From the IMG/VR virus record IMGVR_UViG_3300030447_000342: a DNA stretch of 64,000 bases. One strand, written 5' to 3'. The first letter of the stretch is position 1. Every line of letters begins with the position of its first letter. Source of the DNA: a virus. Shown one piece after another: positions 61,633 to 64,000 of this stretch. A program made the translations under genes and the position numbers. The notes beneath the pieces are model-generated. The model had not been told where the DNA came from and made no database searches. It saw only the letters and a list, made by a program, of their open reading frames with translations.

Positions 61633-62850
61633 ATGAACACCATCACTGTTGTCGATGCCCGAATGGGACGTGGTAAATCCTCCGCTGCCATTCGTTATAT
61701 GAACCGTTACAAAGACTCCAAGCGGTTTCTCTACATCACCCCATATCTGGACGAGGTAGGGCGTATCTGCGAGCGTTGTGATTTTGACCAGCCGGACAGT
61801 GACCACATGAGTAAGTCTACCGAACTCAAACTGCATATGCGGCTCGGACACAATATCGCCGCCACACACTCACTGTTTTACTTAATGGACACAGAAGCCT
61901 TGGAGCTCGTTCGCCAAAAGCACTACTCGCTCATCGTAGATGAAAGCATCCAAGTAATTGAGCGTTTGAATATCACTAACAAGGATTTTGACCTCATTAT
62001 AAACCAGCTCGCCACAGAACATGATGATGGTCGCATCGAGTGGCTGGACGATAGCTATACCGGTCGTTTCTACGACTACAAGGAAATGGCGAACACCGGC
62101 TCCCTGTTCCGATTGGACTCTGCTCTTCTCAACATCTTGAACCCAGAGTTACTCCGGTCTTTCGACGAAGTGTTTATGCTGACATATCTGTTTGACGGAC
62201 AGTATCAGAAGGCATACCTTGACTTCTTTGGATTTGATTACAACATCATCGGTGTCGAGCAGGATGAAAGCGGATACCGTTTCTCGGACAGACCTGACGC
62301 TCCACCTCCGCTGGACTACCGTGAACTGATTCGCATAGTCGATGACCCCAAACTCAATGCCGTTGGTGATAAGCACTATGCCTTGTCTAAGGCTTGGTAT
62401 GACCGCAGGGGGTATGACAATCCCGAAATCCGTAAACTTCGAAATGGCTTAAAGAAGTTCTTTCAAAGTATTCCAGATGGCAGTAGCGAGACGCGGCTTT
62501 GGTCTTGTTTCAAGAGTGATGTCAATAAGCTGGTTGACTCCCGTACCGGGCGCTTCCGCAATAACTTCCTGCAGACGAGCGCCAGAGCTACAAACCAGTA
62601 CAAGAGCAGGACTGACATTGCCTATATGGTGAACCGATTTGCCGACCCCAATATTATGAAGTTTTTTGCCAAGCAGAATGTCACGATTAACCCCGAACAC
62701 TTTGCCTTGTCAGAAATGCTACAGTGGATATGGCGTAGTGCCATTCGAGATGATAAGCCCATTAACCTATACATACCGAGCAGGCATATGAGAGAGCTGC
62801 TCATTAACTGGATTAACACCACAAACCAAGGAGGATGCCCAATTGAATAA
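61633..62850 (+). CDS. P-loop NTPase (Walker A at the N-terminus; Zot-like or replication/assembly ATPase-like)
   Basis: Walker A VVDARMGRGKSSAAI. Walker B YSLIVDESIQV. 405 aa. Confidence 0.5.
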   Translation: MNTITVVDARMGRGKSSAAIRYMNRYKDSKRFLYITPYLDEVGRICERCDFDQPDSDHMSKSTELKLHMRLGHNIAATHSLFYLMDTEALELVRQKHYSLIVDESIQVIERLNITNKDFDLIINQLATEHDDGRIEWLDDSYTGRFYDYKEMANTGSLFRLDSALLNILNPELLRSFDEVFMLTYLFDGQYQKAYLDFFGFDYNIIGVEQDESGYRFSDRPDAPPPLDYRELIRIVDDPKLNAVGDKHYALSKAWYDRRGYDNPEIRKLRNGLKKFFQSIPDGSSETRLWSCFKSDVNKLVDSRTGRFRNNFLQTSARATNQYKSRTDIAYMVNRFADPNIMKFFAKQNVTINPEHFALSEMLQWIWRSAIRDDKPINLYIPSRHMRELLINWINTTNQGGCPIE

Positions 62851-63018
62851 ACGATACCACCGACCGCTGCCAGAGGATTATCTCGTGGAGGAGCGTGTTC
62901 CATATACATACGAAGATGCCGACCTGCTAAATGATGATGAAGCCCTCGAACGGTTCATTGAGAGCGAGCGGTTTGCATTCCGCGAGGAATGGTTCCGTTA
63001 TGCAGAAGAGAACGAGTA
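62842..63018 (+). CDS. Possible small acidic protein (TTG start) overlapping the NTPase stop; below the ORF-track cutoff
   Basis: AAGGAGG RBS 7 nt before the TTG. 58 codons, ..DEALERFIESERFAFREEWFRYAEENE. Confidence 0.3.
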
Positions 63019-63070
63019 ACTTATGCTATATCAACATAATTAAATAAAATACGAAGTGAGGTGACCCATA

Positions 63071-64000
63071 CTGGCTAAACAGTTAGTATGTCAGAAATAC
63101 ATTTTCAAGCTTCATAGCAGCCGCCTGCGAAAGGCGAAGTGGAAGCTTACGCTCCCCATTGCAGAGGCAAGAAAGAATGACGAGGTAATCTCCCTCGCCG
63201 ACAGTCAGGTACTCCGCTGGCTGGACGAATTGAACGGCATCACCGATGCTGAGACGCAGGCGCGGAAAATCAAAGGAGAAATCAAGCGGCTTCGTAAAGA
63301 GCCGAATAGCGTTCCAAATCGTCGTCAAATCAAGAAGCTGTATGCGCAACTGGATGATATCCAGTTTAAGCCGGACTATCTCTGCGTCATCATCGATAAA
63401 GAGAAGGACTACCATCGAGCTTGCCGTGGATTTAGTATTAACGGTCTTCGGTATCAGCGGTTACTTGGAACGAATGGCGGCGTCAAGAACGAGACCATCG
63501 TGTTCATCAGTGAGCGCCATGCCGATGAGATTCGCCGCCGCATTGACAACGGTCGCAACATGGAAAAAGAAATGGTACCTGCCAAACTGGAGGCGTATAA
63601 GGCACTTACCTGCAGCGCATCAATCCCTGTGTCAGTTCCGCATGGCATTCTTGTTGTTAGCGACTGTGAGACCGAGTTCTTGTCGGATATCATCTACCTG
63701 AATGACGAGCAGGACGGAGAGCCAATCATGGAAGAGCGTAAGCAGGTCATGGTGCAACTCAACGAATCCGATGGATACGGCTTGATGCTCCCATCACTTG
63801 CTGCCCGATGGGGTGAAGAGCTTGGCTTAGACTACCTTGTCAGCGGCGTGAACACACGTTTCTCTTGGGAGAAGGGCATGGTCTTCACGTTCGACTTTTT
63901 GGATTTCGCAGAAAATGTCGCTAAGAACTATATTGTTAAAGACGCTTGGGGTAACGATGTGGACATTCGTAATGTTGAGCTGATTCTTACCACGTCCATG
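63071..64000 (+). CDS. Hypothetical protein, 3'-partial: the frame is open to the window end. Start uncertain (CTG/ATA near 63068-63073 after a GAGGTGA Shine-Dalgarno). Absent from the ORF track.
   Basis: Frame 2 has no stop from 63065 to 64000 (>310 codons). ..LDELNGITDAETQARKIKGEIKRLRK..NGGVKNETIVFISERHADEIRRRIDNGRNMEKEMVPAKLEAYKAL.. Protein-like composition. An in-frame stop immediately upstream at 63062-63064. Confidence 0.45.
   Translation, partial: MAKQLVCQKYIFKLHSSRLRKAKWKLTLPIAEARKNDEVISLADSQVLRWLDELNGITDAETQARKIKGEIKRLRKEPNSVPNRRQIKKLYAQLDDIQFKPDYLCVIIDKEKDYHRACRGFSINGLRYQRLLGTNGGVKNETIVFISERHADEIRRRIDNGRNMEKEMVPAKLEAYKALTCSASIPVSVPHGILVVSDCETEFLSDIIYLNDEQDGEPIMEERKQVMVQLNESDGYGLMLPSLAARWGEELGLDYLVSGVNTRFSWEKGMVFTFDFLDFAENVAKNYIVKDAWGNDVDIRNVELILTTSM

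Overview
The window reads as one contiguous segment of a large temperate dsDNA phage or prophage. Almost every gene is on the minus strand, with tight or overlapping gene junctions, AAGGAGG-type ribosome-binding sites and TTGACA/TATAAT-like promoters. No chromosomal backbone is evident.

Modules I can support from the sequence:
(1) Replication and recombination: DnaE-type Pol III alpha, DnaG-like primase, DnaB-like helicase, Cas4-like PD-(D/E)XK nuclease, SSB, ERF annealase, HD hydrolase.
(2) Lysogeny switch: a CI/LexA-like HTH+S24 repressor transcribed divergently from the early operon, with operator repeats, a candidate ~140-nt sRNA and an adjacent PemK/MazF-like toxin. A serine recombinase and, far downstream, a small tyrosine recombinase are also present.
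(3) An unusually rich tRNA maintenance and repair toolkit: CCA-adding enzyme, RtcB, an RlaP-like nucleotidyltransferase, a Thg1-like 3'-5' polymerase, two ATP-dependent ligases, two metallophosphoesterases and a cysteine desulfurase. Two tRNA arrays hold 12 canonical tRNAs (all with encoded CCA) plus 3 aberrant tRNA-like elements.
(4) NAD+ and ADP-ribose counter-defence-like genes: a Prs/Adps-like pyrophosphokinase, a NAMPT/Namat-like transferase, NadE, an isochorismatase (PncA-like), a Macro domain and a NADAR domain.
(5) A reverse transcriptase flanked by about 1 kb of structured non-coding DNA. This DNA carries three copies of a conserved two-hairpin motif with compensatory stem changes. 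Next to it are an E1-like (ThiF) plus JAB/MPN pair and two large unknown proteins. This is the most unusual locus and the best candidate for an undescribed system.
(6) A GC-rich (~65%) island with three perfect 57-bp tandem repeats and a sigma-70-region-4-like protein, followed by a tyrosine recombinase, a P-loop NTPase and an open-ended ORF.

I could run no database searches or RNA-folding tools. All functional calls rest on motifs read by eye.
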